DNA from: Blepharisma stoltei ATCC 30299
Taxonomy: Eukaryota; Protista; Ciliophora
Assembly (NCBI GenBank): GCA_965603825.1
Contig: CBFDEM010000011.1
Coordinates: forward strand, 1,116,001 to 1,180,000
Reading direction: 5' to 3'
DNA: 64,000 nt
The position numbers were made by a program, and so were the translations under genes. This document shows positions 38,235 through 51,878 of the stretch, one piece after another. The first letter of the stretch is position 1. The number at the start of each line of letters is the position of its first letter. The notes beneath the pieces are model-generated. The model searched no databases. It saw nothing but the letters and a program-made list of their open reading frames with translations, and was not told the origin of the DNA.

Positions 38235-41200
38235 TTAATCATCATCAATTTCTGACCCAGACTCATTTTCCTGTATCTTTTTCGCTTTCCTTAATCCATT
38301 ACTTACAAGTATTTTCTCCAAAATCAAATCCAGCTTACTATAAATCGGTATATCCTCATTGCACACCAAATCTGACAGCCTCCCCAAAAAATCAAGAAAC
38401 TCCACAAACTGCATTTTATAGTGAGCCCCATCCGAGTCCATTTCATTTAATATGCTCATTTTGGAAAATGCATAAACCTTTATAAGCTCATCATCATTAA
38501 TTATGATTTTTGCTTTGTCCACAAGTGCTCTGATTGATTTAAATGACAGCCATCTTCCAAGCCTTTCTCGATATTTCGTGAAAATGTTCTGGAGATTTGA
38601 TAAATTGGCCTCAAGGATGTCGTTAACTTCAAGGTTGTAGAGCTTTTCTTTTCTGAATTTGGCAGCTTTAGCAGTCATTGCGTATTTAAATATATGGTCG
38701 TTTAGTAATTTCTCAGTCATTTGAGCAGGTGTTAAAGGAAGATCTTGGTATTTGCAGAGAGCCAATCTTACTATAATTTCATAAAACTCGTATCTACATA
38801 GCTCTTTATCAGGATTATCATCCAATTTTTCTTCAAGCTCTACATTTACAGCTATAAAAATTCTATCAACGGCCGCTTTATTTAAAAACTTTTTATCATG
38901 CATATCACATTGATCACAAAAATCGCTGAAATCAAGCCAGCCAATACTAGGATAGTTACTACTTGCTGATAAATATAAAAAGATCTCTTTAATTTCTCCA
39001 AAATTTGCTAGTAGAACGCTATAAACATCGTCTAACTGTTTAGTGTCTCTAATAACCCTTGGGAGTTTATAATATTTGCTATCATAATCAAACATAATTT
39101 TCCTGGTTTGGTCAGTATCGTCTATATAATTCCTAAAAACAGATTTATTTTTATCAAAAACCCTCCCTACTTGTATATTTTCTGCTTCACTAACAGAAAG
39201 CTCATATGACCTTAAAGGTATATTAATTTCGTTTACACTGGCTCCTTCCCATGTTCTTTTAGATAGTTCTTTAGTAACACACACATCATTCCCATCTAAA
39301 ATAAACCACAAATAATGCTTCCCAGGTGGCAAAAGTAACGAAATTTCATACTTTCCTAGGGTTTCGTCTACAAGTTCTAGTGGGATTTCTTTTCAGTCGT
39401 TAAATGAAGCTTTTAAACAGATTTTGCAGATTTCTCTGATTTTTTTCCAATTGAAGTTATTAATATTTTCAACGTTTTTAACCTTTTCTAAGCTGATTTT
39501 TAGGTCGTAAATGACCCATCTTTCACATATCCAGCAATGTGGAGACAAAATCCATTGGCTTGAGCCTTTAACTTCTCTTTTCCCCAGCATTCTGGAAAAT
39601 ATTAACTCATTGGAGTGTCCGAATAGTCTTTTATCTGCATCTTTGGTAGGACTTTCTATGTTTAGCAAATTATCTTTGTGTGTAATTAATGATCTCCCCA
39701 TTCTATCTCTCAGTCTAAGATTGATTTTTGTGCTTTGATCTACAGTATAATCATTTCTTTTTAAAAATTTCATAGGATGTGGAACTGATAAAGCTGAATT
39801 TGCTTTCATCCCTACAGTTTCTTGTGCCCCTAAATGAAGTATCATTGAATTCAGCATTTTTCTCGAAATTTTATTACCAGTAAGATGCAGTCCAATCAGG
39901 GTGTTAGACTGTTTTAAGCCGTTAATAATAATTCCTGCATCAGTGTCTGTGATTTTTGTGTGAGAAATATTAAGATGTAATAAACCAGGATGCCTGCTAA
40001 AAATCTGGCTAATATAAATGCTTAATTCAGAGTCTGGGGAGCTTAAATTGTTTCATGAATAATCTAAAAATTTTAAGCTTCTATTTTTTCTTAAATAAGC
40101 TAAAAATTTTTTAGTGCTTTCAGAAGATATTTGGTTTCATGATAAATCTAGCTCTGTCAAAATATTTTTTCTTAAAACTCTGCAGACTTGGTCCATTGCT
40201 AAATTATTGAGCCCTAAATCTGAAATATATAGTTTTCTCAAGGTTCTTGAGAGTGGTAAAGCTTTGAGCGCTTCTACAACATTCATTGGTGTAAATCTAC
40301 ACGCATTTAAATTTATTTCTGTAATTTGAGCTGAAGCTATCATTTTATTTAATTCTTTCGCAAAATTCGAGCCTATTTCGTTTCTGGTATAGTAAAGAGA
40401 TTGGATATTGGTATTTGTAGATATGCCTTTAAGCAGATTTGCACCTCCTTGATCAGAAATCCCGCATTCATCCAAATGGATTTGCATTAAATTTTTCATT
40501 GTTTTTATAGAGTCACTTATAGCTCTGCAGAGCTGGTCATTCATTTTATAGCGATTTAATATTAAAGAATGCTCTTTAGCATGTGCGAGCACTGGAAGTG
40601 GAGGGATTTGCTCTTCAGTGCATTTTTTACTGAAAACTGATAAAGAGGAGTCTTCATCATATTCATTTTTAGATCGGCCATATTTCCGATATGCATCATA
40701 AGCATTTTCTTTGCTTTGAATTTCACTATACAAGCTTTCTATTAATGGAGTTTTAGTGTTTTGTAATTCTTTTCGGAGATCTTCTATTAATCCTTCATTT
40801 TTTTCAGTATCCTGAGTAAATTCATTAGTAGATCTCATTAAATTTTCAATTGATTTTTTCTTTTCAATTTTTTCTTTTACTTTCCTCAATATTTTTCCTT
40901 GGATTTTTAAAGGTGAAATAGGCGGATTTTTTAATGTTGGGGTAACTGAAATGTGCCTAAGCGAAATATCAGAAAAATTAGTGGGAGAAGGATTGCTGTA
41001 TAATGAATTATCCTTGTGAGGGGATTTTCGGATACTTTCCAATCTGTCTTCAATTTCAGTTAGAAAAAAATCAATTTTCCTTTGTAAAGAAATAGCGTCC
41101 TTTTTACCACTTTGTCAGGACTCGTCGTTTTGAGTGATAAATGAAGGCTGAATGCCTGGAGACTTGATTTCTGGTAAGTGAATGTTATCTTTCGTTTCCA

Positions 41201-41267
41201 AAATTGGAGAAATAATATGGGTATGCTCGTTTCTTAAATAAAGAGGACTATTTCTCTCAGTTGCCAT
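38235..41267 (-). CDS. LRR (RNI-like) protein with CBM48/AMPK-beta-like and EF-hand-like domains (1010 aa)
   Basis: In-frame UGAs fall in LDLS-W-N, LDYS-W-N and SFND-W-KEIPL..LPPGKHYLWFILDG; ATG 41267. Confidence 0.85.
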
Positions 41268-41455
41268 AAATTATTAATTAATTTTTAGAGTGATTTTGCT
41301 TTCCGAGGTATCTATTGGCAATGACAAATAATATTGAAAGAATTTTATTGTAAATAAAGGTGCTATATATTTTCAGTTTATACTGAAGCATAGGCTAGAG
41401 ATTTTAATAAAATTTAATTTAATTAATTAATTTCATATATAAGCAAAAGAAGATC

Positions 41456-42196
41456 ATGGAAAAAACCTTAGCAAATTACACAAAAAAGCTTGCAAGAGTC
41501 CTAATTATCGGAGGGGCAAGTTTTCTATCAGTTTATGGAGGATTTGCTTATATAGCCTACCAAAATAGAAAAGAGTACTCAGATCTTCTTCAATCTCTTC
41601 AAGAAAATCCTCCTCCAAAGTCTCAAGCTCCAGACCTTGATATAGGTGACATATTCTATTTTGATCATGATTGCATCAAAAGTTTTTCGGTAAGAGACAT
41701 GAGAAAATGCGCCGTCCATAAAATGTACCACAGATCTGTATCGTCTGAAGAAGAATCTGCAAGGTACAGACAAGGAAAATGGCTGAATTCAGCAATAGTC
41801 ATAAAATCAAAAGACGAAACCAAAATTTTTCATAGCTATTATGGAAAACTATACCAAAATAATTATAATGAATTTGTGAATCTTCCTTACATCTCACAAA
41901 TCAGTATGAGAAAATTGGAGACTGGTATTCCAGAGCTAGAAGCTAATAGTCACGATTTTATTGAAGAATTCAAAGATTTAATAGATATTGTAAATAATTC
42001 GTGGCCAAATCATTCTGCGGATATTTTTAGAGATACAATTGATCTAATTTTGAACTTTTGAATGAAAGTTGGGATCGCAGACACAGCAAAAATTTATTTA
42101 TCATTAAAGCAAGGTATAGGAGACATGGATCTTGAAAATCCAACTTTACTTAATAGCACTATTGCTAAATATTCTAAGCCAATCTCAATTAAGTAA
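41456..42196 (+). CDS. N-terminally anchored protein, possibly degenerate permuted NlpC/P60-like fold (246 aa)
   Basis: TM near N-terminus; LDIGDIFYF..WLNSAIVI; reads through UGA 42059-42061 to TAA 42194-42196. Confidence 0.6.
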
Positions 42197-42367
42197 ATTT
42201 CGTTAAAGCTTTTATATAATAAATATACAAAAAATCAGGCCAATTATTAAATAAAATATTTATTAGTTGACCTCTATTTATGAAGCTCTCAATGCTTAAA
42301 AATTAACTAAACCATTTATTCAGACGTATTAAATCTTAAGTTTAGCCTCACGCAAATTAATTAAAAT

Positions 42368-45300
42368 TTAATGGCTGAAAATGTATTTCAAAGGCGGGAG
42401 CTTCATATGAGTCCTATCTTCTGCTGAGACTGCATATAAGATAAGACAAACTGAAGTTTTTCCATCTGTTTTGTCTTCACTAATTTCTCTATATAGCTCA
42501 TAAACTTCTTTCTTGAATATTTCATCTTTATTACCTGCCATATATTTATTAAACAGACATTTAGTACCACAACCAATCTGTATCGCCAAAATCTTGTATT
42601 TTTCTTTTAAGTTCTCAATTAATTCTTCTATCGTGCAAGGCCCATCCACTACAATTTCATCCCATTTAGTAAAGCCATCATTATATGCTTTCTTAGGAGC
42701 TGCCAAAGTTTCATCATAATCTACAGATTTAATCATTATTGCAGGCTGAGGTTCGAGAAAAGAAAAATAAGAAATGGCCAAGTTCATAAAGCAATCCCTC
42801 ATTTTCTCTATTTCAAGCCCAAGAGTATATTTAATAAACTCAGCGACCACAATTCCAGCAATAACTGCAGTGGTTGTTGCGAGGGCTGGATTATTTTTCC
42901 AGCGATTACCTTGGTTTGGTGCCTTTCTATAGTAGAAATTCGGTAGTTATTTGCCCTCAAACTTGAAGCATTGTGGATAAAATCGATATGAAAATTGCTG
43001 TCATCATCTTTTTCAAAGGAAATTGGGGTCATAGGCTTGATATTTTCTAGTGAAAATCCTTTGAGCCAGCTTATTAGTTCTTCTTTTAATTTAATTTCAG
43101 CTTCTGATGCAGGCCGCTGCTCTTCATTATCATCTATTTTAATTTTTCTTGGGATAAATTCCTTAACCTGGACTTTAGACGCAATTTCTTTTATGTAATT
43201 TCTGTCTCTATTCTGAGGGATATTAAGGTTAAAGGCTAGCAAATTTGCATAGGATTCTATAAAGTCTATATGATTTTCTTTTTCTGTGTCAAAAATACAA
43301 GGCTCAGGCAGCCTCCTGGTCCCTGTCCAAAGATCTTTACCATGCTTGTCTTTTGTGCCGGGCGGACATTGATGTAGTAAAGACCTTATTTCTTCATAAA
43401 AAAGCTCATTAAACTTATGTCTTGCTATTATAATACAATCATCAAAGCTGCTTATCCCAGAAAGTTCTAAAAATTCTTTTAGCAGCTTTAACTGGGCCAT
43501 CTGCATATCAAAATGCCCAATACTTCCCAATTTTTGTAAATAAGCCTCTGGGTTTTCTAAATATTTATTCAACTCATCAGGGCCAGAGGTAAAGAAATCT
43601 GACAATTTTTCTCTTGACCAATCAATACAATGAGAAATTTCATATGGATAATGCTTCAAAGTGCATGATTTAGCTTTCGTTTCTGTTGGCTGTGGGGTAT
43701 CTTCATAGCTTTGGGTCAGATATGGAATGATTGCTTGGGAGTTTGCTTTTGTCCCTTCTGTTCCGCTTTCAAAAAGTGGCTTTTTGTAATAAACACATTT
43801 TCGGTCAATAAAAATTCGTGCACTGGCATTATCAACAGCCCCAAAAACTGCATTTAATTTCTCCCAAAACCTATCATTAAACAAGTTTTCTGTTTCTGGG
43901 CAAGCTCTGTTTTTCAAAGCAGTGACATTTATTTCTGGGTTCATGATTTTCGCTATCCTTGTAGCACATTCACTTTTGGATTGACCTACATTGGTAATAT
44001 TGAATAAAAACTGCCTTGTCAGGTTTGAGATTTCTACATTATCGTCGTCAGTGACTGTAAGCTCTCCAGTCCCACAGCAAACTCCGGATAATGCAAAAAG
44101 CTTTAAAAATTCGCAGCCTAAAGCACCAGATCCGACCATAAATAAATTGGCTGATTTAAGCTTGTTTAGTCCTTCTTCTCCTATAATTGCTTGGAGATCG
44201 TGATATCTTGAGTCAGAAATACTTGCAGATGGCTGAATTAGCTCAAACCAGTCCATATGTAGCCACTGCTGGATTGGGGTAAATTTTCCTGTGAATTTTA
44301 TGACTTCTTGAGCTGCAATTCCGCCAAATATTGATGTGATTGGAGAAATTTGTAGCCTTGCGTATTTTGAGACGTTTTTAATGACAGATTCATCAATTGT
44401 TTCTAATGAAAAGTCTTCTGAGGCTTCATTAATTTCTCTTGCATAAGCCACACAAAGATTTGCGTGGTCCTCATTATGGATTTCAGGAAGAAATCCGTGG
44501 ATTTCTTGGAATTTTCTGATAGCAAGCATGGCTAAATGTAAATTGGCAGGTCTGTTTTCTTTTAAGTAATCAACATGCATAAAAGGCTTTAATCCTTCAG
44601 GATTTTTAATAGAAATTTCATAAGGCCGGAAATCATAATGGAAAGGTTTTCTTACTTCTTCAACTGTCCCATATTTTATATAATCAGGGTAATCTGTGGT
44701 ATCTTCATCTATAGAAAAGCTGTGCGGGTCAATATAAGTGACCTTTCGTTCTCTGCCATCATTAAGAGGAGTCATTCCTTCGACTTCTTTGAACTTTATG
44801 TAGTCTCCGTCCTGAAACCAATGCTTGTCCTCATCATTTAGCTTCACAACTCCAGGATTGCTTCTGCTTATATTTCCAACCAAGTACGTTCTTAAGGCTG
44901 ATCCATTTTTGTCAGAAATTTCAAAATTATCCCCAAAATCTACAAAAACGTGCCCAGCTGTCCCCCATGTTTCGACAGACACAAATCCAACCTGTGGGCT
45001 TAAGTCTCGGCAAATGGAGTTAACCCTTATAAGTGTGGCACTATCACTTTCAGTGAGAAGGACTAAAGAGTGTTGAGAAATGACTTCTCGAGTAATTTCT
45101 CCTCTGTGGATATTTACTGAGACATTTGGGTTGAGCGCTTGAAGCTTGGAGATGACTGATTCAGCTCGATTTTGGCTGACATGGGATTCATTTATGAAAA
45201 AATTGGTCCCTAAATCGGAGAGAGAAATTATAGCATCATCATGCAAAGTGACTGTATGGAGGCCAGCTAATATTAAGTTTTTAGCGACTTCAAGACCAAC

Positions 45301-45405
45301 CCCACGGAGTCCAGAAACTAAAACGCGTAAGGTGAAAAGCTTTTTTTGAGTAGCCATACCGATGGCAGCAATAGAGCGTGAATAGAGATTATCTTGATTT
45401 GACAT
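42368..45405 (-). CDS. UBA1-type ubiquitin-like activating enzyme E1-A (about 1012 aa; 1-nt frameshift near 42888)
   Basis: LYSR, GLRGVGLEVAKN, GSGALGCE, DDDNVEISNLTRQFLF, catalytic KSCTLKHYP (Cys codon 43663-43665), FEKDDD..HIDFI; restoring one C gives GKIIPALATTTA, joining the UFD ORF 42368..42850. Confidence 0.92.
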
Positions 45406-45889
45406 TTATTAATAAATTGTAGAATCACTTAAATATGAATAAAAAGTTTGAAAAAATGCAGAGTACTTAAGCTATGTAATGAAAGTCAGCTTGTGAGAAG
45501 TTTGCATAAAGGAAATAAGATAAGTAGAGACTCTGAAATCTCTTCTGTCATAATTTAGAAATGATCTTGGCTAATGCTTAGTTGGATTAATATCAAGATG
45601 AAAGCTCCATACGATTAGGCCTAAAGAATAGTATTAAATTATGATTTAAGCAATTAAGCAAAAGAAATTTGATTTTTGACATTGGCTCCACATGCTTAAA
45701 ACTTCTCACGTGTGGAGTCGGCTCATAATTTCATGAAACGCAAACTGGTCAGCAAGCGGGGAAGTAGCTTTAATTTCTTTTCAATAAATGCTTAATTATA
45801 TTTACCGAAAACTCTATTATAATTTCTGAAGGACTGCTTAAGTCCTTGACATGCCTTAATTCATAAATTTATTTTATTTATTTTTCCTT

Positions 45890-46330
45890 TTATCCCATAG
45901 CATACTGCTGAGTCCACTCTCTTGCCCTTTGGTTATATAAGTCCATGTTTTGAGCGCACAATGTATTAATTTCAGTTGAGAACCCGTTTGGACTAGGGTT
46001 ATACAATAGTGCTATCACATAAGAGATTACAGTTCTTACAGTGACTTTTGGCTTCCATCCAGAATTAAAGATTTCGCAGCAAATACGGCCATCAGAAGGA
46101 TGTACGTTCGGGTGGAAAATTTTCGTTTTGAAATAGAAGGTCGGAGGGCTCGCAGGGAAATTTGAAGGGAAAGTTATTTCGAACTTGAACATACCACCTT
46201 CATAGGGGCTCTCATCAGGACCGTTTAGAGTTCCTCTCCAGTGAAATAGTGATTGATCTACTAAATTTACAGTGATGCAAGGCTCAGGTATTTCTAGAAG
46301 ATTGTTAAATTCATTCGTGAGTCGCTCCAT
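45890..46330 (-). CDS. Divergent UBC-fold conjugating enzyme E2-1
   Basis: W..GP.ESPYEGG.F, FHPNV..DGRICCEIF. Confidence 0.95.
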   Translation of the reverse strand: MERLTNEFNNLLEIPEPCITVNLVDQSLFHWRGTLNGPDESPYEGGMFKFEITFPSNFPASPPTFYFKTKIFHPNVHPSDGRICCEIFNSGWKPKVTVRTVISYVIALLYNPSPNGFSTEINTLCAQNMDLYNQRAREWTQQYAMG

Positions 46331-46969
46331 TTTATTTCTATAAATTTAAAATGGTAATTGATTTTAGGTTTTTATAAATTTTGATTAAAGATTGAATAAT
46401 ATGAACTTAATAGTTTCAAAATTTATTTTGACTTGGACAAAAAGTAATCAATAAATTTGAATTGTTTAATTATAAATTATTAAAAATAATTATCAAAAAT
46501 ATTTGAAAATTAATTATTTCTTTAGCTCTGTTCTCACTTATATTATTGGTTTTAAAATCTCTATCTTGGCATAAAATATATGAATAGCTCAAAACTAAAG
46601 CTTCAGTATTTAATTTTTGATTAATTAATTTAGAGAGTTACTTTTTTAAAGCTAATTAATCATTATACATATAGTAATATTTTACCTATTAGTATAATAA
46701 ACTCGCACATGAACTAATAATAAAAATTAAATAAGCCAATATCTAATAAAATGATTATTTATTTAATAAATTTTACATGCTGCAAATTCCAACAAATTTA
46801 ATTAGTTGTGTTTAGAATCTTAACTATTTATTTAATCTCAGTTTCATATTTGAAATTCGTTATTTTTGCAAGTTTTGCCAATGAAAGTCTTCAATAATTT
46901 TCTCTCTACAATTTTTTTATAATAGATTAAATGCTCTCTATACTTATTTTATATTATAATAACCAGATC

Positions 46970-47404
46970 TTATTTAGCAAAATCAGCCGTATATCGCTTT
47001 GCCTCTCTTTCATAAGCTGATACATTGGCTCTCATAGTATTGCATGCATCATTAACGTATCCTTGCTCAGGGCACGGCTCAGCTAGTAAATGGCAAATAG
47101 CACAAAGGACAGCTCTCATTGATATTCCAGGTCTCCAAGCAACGCTTAATATTTCGGAGCATACTTTACCCTCAGAATTCACATTTGGATGATAAATCCT
47201 TGTACGGAAGAAAAACTCAGGGGGAGATACTGGGAAATTGGAAGGGAAAATTATATCAAAGCGGAAGTTTCCACCTTCAAAAGGAGTTTCTGGAGGACCA
47301 ATTAATAGACCATTCCAGTGCAGCATGTCTTGACCTAGGTTAATTTCGATTCCTTTGATAGGATTTTCCATGAGTTTATTGAATTCTTGTAATATTCTAT
47401 CCAT
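46970..47404 (-). CDS. Divergent UBC-fold conjugating enzyme E2-2
   Basis: GPPETPFEGG.F, YHPNVNSEGKVCSEIL. Confidence 0.95.
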   Translation of the reverse strand: MDRILQEFNKLMENPIKGIEINLGQDMLHWNGLLIGPPETPFEGGNFRFDIIFPSNFPVSPPEFFFRTRIYHPNVNSEGKVCSEILSVAWRPGISMRAVLCAICHLLAEPCPEQGYVNDACNTMRANVSAYEREAKRYTADFAK

Positions 47405-47868
47405 TTTATTATATCAATTATTTTTGATTCTATAAATTTTGTAAATTTTTGTTCTATTTATGAATTTAATCAAAGAAGAAATCTTTGTGATGTAAAAATA
47501 TGAATATTTCTCTTTCGGAATTATTATCAAGATAATTTCCAAGTAATTATAATAAAAGCATTTTTAATCATAGGAAACTGTTTTTAATTTTATGTAAGAG
47601 TTTTGACTAGTAGAAATAAGGGCTGAAATAAAAGTAAGGAAAAATCCATGATGAAAATTAAGTGTTCAAGCTAAAATTAAAATATTTAAGCTTTTATAAG
47701 AGACGCTAAGTGTCTTCTATTTACTTTTGGAAGGTAATAAGAAATTAAAATTTTATAGTAAATTATTATAATAATAAATTAAATGAATTTTAGAAAAATT
47801 AATGCACCATATTTTACCAAATACATTTATAGAATCTTGGAATGAATTGAAATTTATAATAAATATAA

Positions 47869-50142
47869 ATGCCTACAAGAAAAGGCTCACTTTCATGAGC
47901 TTCAAAGGCAGCTATTTCTATTATTGAATGCAATAAAGATCGACTATGTATCGATCCAAATTCGCCAATAGGCAAATTATTAGCAGATTTTGAATCAAGC
48001 TTGGAGTTTTTACCATTTAGGGAAGAAAAATTCGTAGTTAATATTCTTGAATATATTTCTAAAAATTACGATCCAAAATACTTCGAAACAGTTCAAGATT
48101 CCAATATCAACGTAAAATATCTTAAAAAAAAAGATGAAGAAACTTACTTTTTTGAACAAATAAAAGCTAAAGAAGCACCTTTAGTTTTACTTAAAAGGCA
48201 TAGTGAGGATAAACCATATGCTTATTTTGAAAGAAACAATGGAACTGTTTATTTATTAACAGCGCTTTTTACTCAAAACGTGTTGAAAAGATTATATTGC
48301 AATTTCGGAAACCAATGGAAAAATCTCAGTGAAAACCCAGATGATAAAACACCAATAAAATTCAGAGAAGAAACTGTATACATTTATACAAAAATCAATA
48401 AAGAAGATCTTGATAAAGAAAAGGTCGATAAAATTCTTCCGTCCGAATGAGAAGGACATATAAAAGAAAACCTGCGAGAGTCTATAACAATATATTCCGT
48501 TAGCACAAATCAAAACCAGGCTGGGATAAAAATACCAAAAGATATTGAAGCTCAGCAGGAGTTAAAGCAAAAAATCCAAAATAAAAATGATGAAATACAA
48601 AATTATAAAGATCAATTAGAGAAATCAAAAATTGAAAATGAGAAATTAAAAGAAACCATAAAAAGTTTAAGTGGCGAAAAAGAAAAAAATATCGAAATTC
48701 GTCAAGGGCTAATAAATGAAAATGAGAAATTAAGAGATCTCATAGAAAATTTAAATGTGAAAATAAACGAAAAAAATGCTGATATCAGTAAAGAATTGCA
48801 AAAAAGTAATTCAGCCCAACAAGAATTAAGCAAAAATATCCAAAATAAAGAGCAGATGATAGAATATTATAAAAATCAATTATCATGTTTGGAAAATGCA
48901 AACGAAAAATTGCAAAAAGAGCTAAAAATAATAAATGATGAATTAAAAGAAAAAAACATCAAAATTGATTCGCAAAATCAAGAAATTCTAAATAGAGACG
49001 ATATAATTAAAAACTATAAAGAACAATTTGAGGAACTTACAAACGAAAGAAATAAATATCAAAAAGAAATAAAAGAACTGAAAATTGAACTTCAAAAAGC
49101 AGTAGATGAAAATATAAATTTGTCTGCAATTAATGCAATTCTACAGAAAGAAGCTGAAACCGAAGCTCAATCATTAATCCAAGTAAAAGAAATTTATAAA
49201 ACTCAAAACGAAGCCTTAGTTCAAGAAAGGGAAAATCTTCAGCCTCAATTAAAAGCATTAAGTGAAGAAACTAAAGAATTCAAATCAATAAGCCTGCCTC
49301 CTAGGATTATAAGACGTCCAATAATTTATGACGGGAAAAAATCAGGGATTCCTAATATAGGGAATACCTGCTATCTTAATTCACTTCTTCAATTGCTTGC
49401 GAGCAACAATGAATTTTACGATAAAATCCAGCCTATCGAACATGAATTATTTTCTTCGTTATCCTCACTATTAAAGAGCATCAGAAATCCTGGATCCTAT
49501 AATAATACCGATCAACTTGTTAGGTCCTTTAAATACCAACTTGGTGCAGAATTCCCAATGGTAACCTTTATATAGCTTGGAAATTCATCTCAGCAAGATT
49601 CTAAAGAAGTAATGGTGATGCTGACAGGCATACTATCAGAATTAACTAATATAGACTCTATTTTTACAACTATCTATAAACAAATATTTAAATGCCATGC
49701 TTGTGGAAACAAAGCTAATAGGGATGATACAAATATTTTTATTACAGTTCCCAGGGGTAAATCTCGCTCTATACAAGAATTTTTACCAATTTTAAAACAG
49801 CCAAAATATTACACCGGAAGTAACCAATTATTTTGCGAGAATTGTCAAAATATGCAAAATATCACGATGGAGTGTGAAGAAATAATTTGGCCATCTACAG
49901 TTACCTTTTACCTGCCCTCGAATAATGGGAGTACTAAGATTAATGAAGAATTAAATATTGAAGGAACTACTTATAGATGGTATGGATTAATATGCCATTA
50001 TGGAAATTCACAATTTGGACATTATAAAGCATATACGTGGGATACCAAGAATTGGACTGAATATAATGATTTCAGTGCAAAAATTGATAAAGTCGATGTG
50101 GCAAATGGCTATCTAGCCTTTTATGCAAGGGCTGAGAGTTAA
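47869..50142 (+). CDS. USP (peptidase C19) deubiquitinase USP-1 (752 aa): N-terminal domain, coiled coil, catalytic domain
   Basis: ATG 47869; UGA=Trp read-through; GIPNIGNTCYLNSLLQ; intron 49561-49575 (GTAACCTTTATATAG) then QQDSKE; HYGNSQFGHYKAY..WTEYND. Confidence 0.9.
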
Positions 50143-50537
50143 TAAGAATAATAATTCTTAATTAAAATTATCATAAATATAAATTTAAGAATCTTAATTT
50201 ATTTATTATTATTTACATAGATCAATTCATTTTAATTACATGACTTCTTGAAAAGCCTATAAAATAATTTTTTAAGCAATATTTATTCAGTCTCGATCCT
50301 AATTTTTTAAGCAGCTAATTATTTGTTAAAAATATAAATTGCTAATAATAGATTATCTCTAATAAAAGTTGCATTTACATTTATCTTTTATATATTTCTA
50401 TTAATAAGTTTTAAGACTTAGAGTTATTTAATTTAATCTTTAATTTAATTATAATAAGTTTAAAATATAACTAAATTTTATTATTATATGGCGATTACAG
50501 GCTTTTTGTCCGAAAAGAGCTTAATTATTATTTTAAT

Positions 50538-51720
50538 TTAAAGTGTAAGCGCTCCACCATTTTTGGCTAGGTCATCAAAATTAGTTCTTAACCAAACTGA
50601 ATTGCTAGGAAAAATGCATCTGAATATTTTGATACTCTAGGCGTATTGCCAGTACAGTCATAGCAAACCTCGTTGCCTGGAACTTTACTTGAAATATATC
50701 GATGCGCAAAATTATCGAGTATTGACCAAATAAATTTTAATTCTTAATTTCAGCTTTTGTGGAAATAACAAGAACATCTTTCTTTGATTTTTTCAATTAA
50801 TTTTTCAATTCACAACTTTCTATTGTATTACTAATAAAATCTAATTTTATTTTTACAAATGCTTCTAGTACTTCTACGTTCCTGGTAACTTTGAATATTC
50901 AATTAATTATCAAAATAATCATTAAAATGGAAGTTTGGCCTATTTTAAGAGTTCAATAAATATATAGTGTAAGACACTCAGTTTATTAGCTATTTTGGGA
51001 ATTAAATTATAAAGAGATTGCTTGAGGTGTTTCATTTTAAAGACTTGATAAGATAAATATAAATATTATGAAACCATTAAAAAAGGGTTAAATAACTTAA
51101 CTTGAATTATCTTCAATCCCATTCTAAACGCATTTTTCGTAATTTCATGCAACCCTCTATCCAGTAATAGTGTACTTTTGGATCCAGATAAGCATGCATG
51201 TTGGCGTTAATGGCTGCTATCATCAAGCAGGCCTTCTTCAAATAAGAAATTCTCATATTTTTATTACTATCTACAAATTCAAGAATTTAATGCTTAACTG
51301 AATCGCTAAAAGCATTTGCTGATGGTATTTAAGAACAATAAAACAGAATTTCGGTCATATATCAAAAATTAAAGTGCTCAAGGAAATACGATAAATAAAA
51401 ATTAATTTTTTGATTTCATGAGGGTCATACTTTATGCATCTTAAATTTTACAGAGTAATATTAATTAGCAACAATTTAAGAATTTTAGAAAAAATAGTCA
51501 AAACTTCTTTTAGCTCAAACATGATTATTAAAAGAACCGAGATTAAATATTCGTCCCATGTATCTCCGCCACTTGCTTGCGAATAAGCCTCCACGGTGTT
51601 GAACATCTTAGACAGAGCTTGGAGTTTGAGATGATGGACCATAATGCAGAATCAATAGCCTAGCTCGAATATTTATGAAGCTAGGCCCTCCATAAGGGCC
51701 GAAAAGCAGCCTGGCTTCAA
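50538..51720 (-). pseudogene. Decayed gene of unknown family, possible degenerate C-terminal RING-like motif
   Basis: Protein-like reading blocks broken by stops and shifts; near the 3' end EVCYDCTGNTP..KIFRCIF..SVWL. Boundaries approximate. Confidence 0.35.
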
Positions 51721-51878
51721 AATCATTAATTGGGATATTTTATCTTTGTATTTATTAAAATTAGTTCTCGTGCAAAAATTTGCTGTCCTTTTGTCATTTT
51801 AACATATCTTTTTGCTATAAATTCATATAAAAAGTTTGCCATTTCTAATTTTTAAAGCCATGCTTCTATAAAACTTAA

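Noticed and set aside
45684-45847. Hairpins between E1-A and E2-1 (GGCTCCACATG/CGTGTGGAGTC; AAGGACT/AGTCCTT)
   Set aside because: Isolated short stems with no recognisable RNA family motif; they may be remnants of a decayed gene
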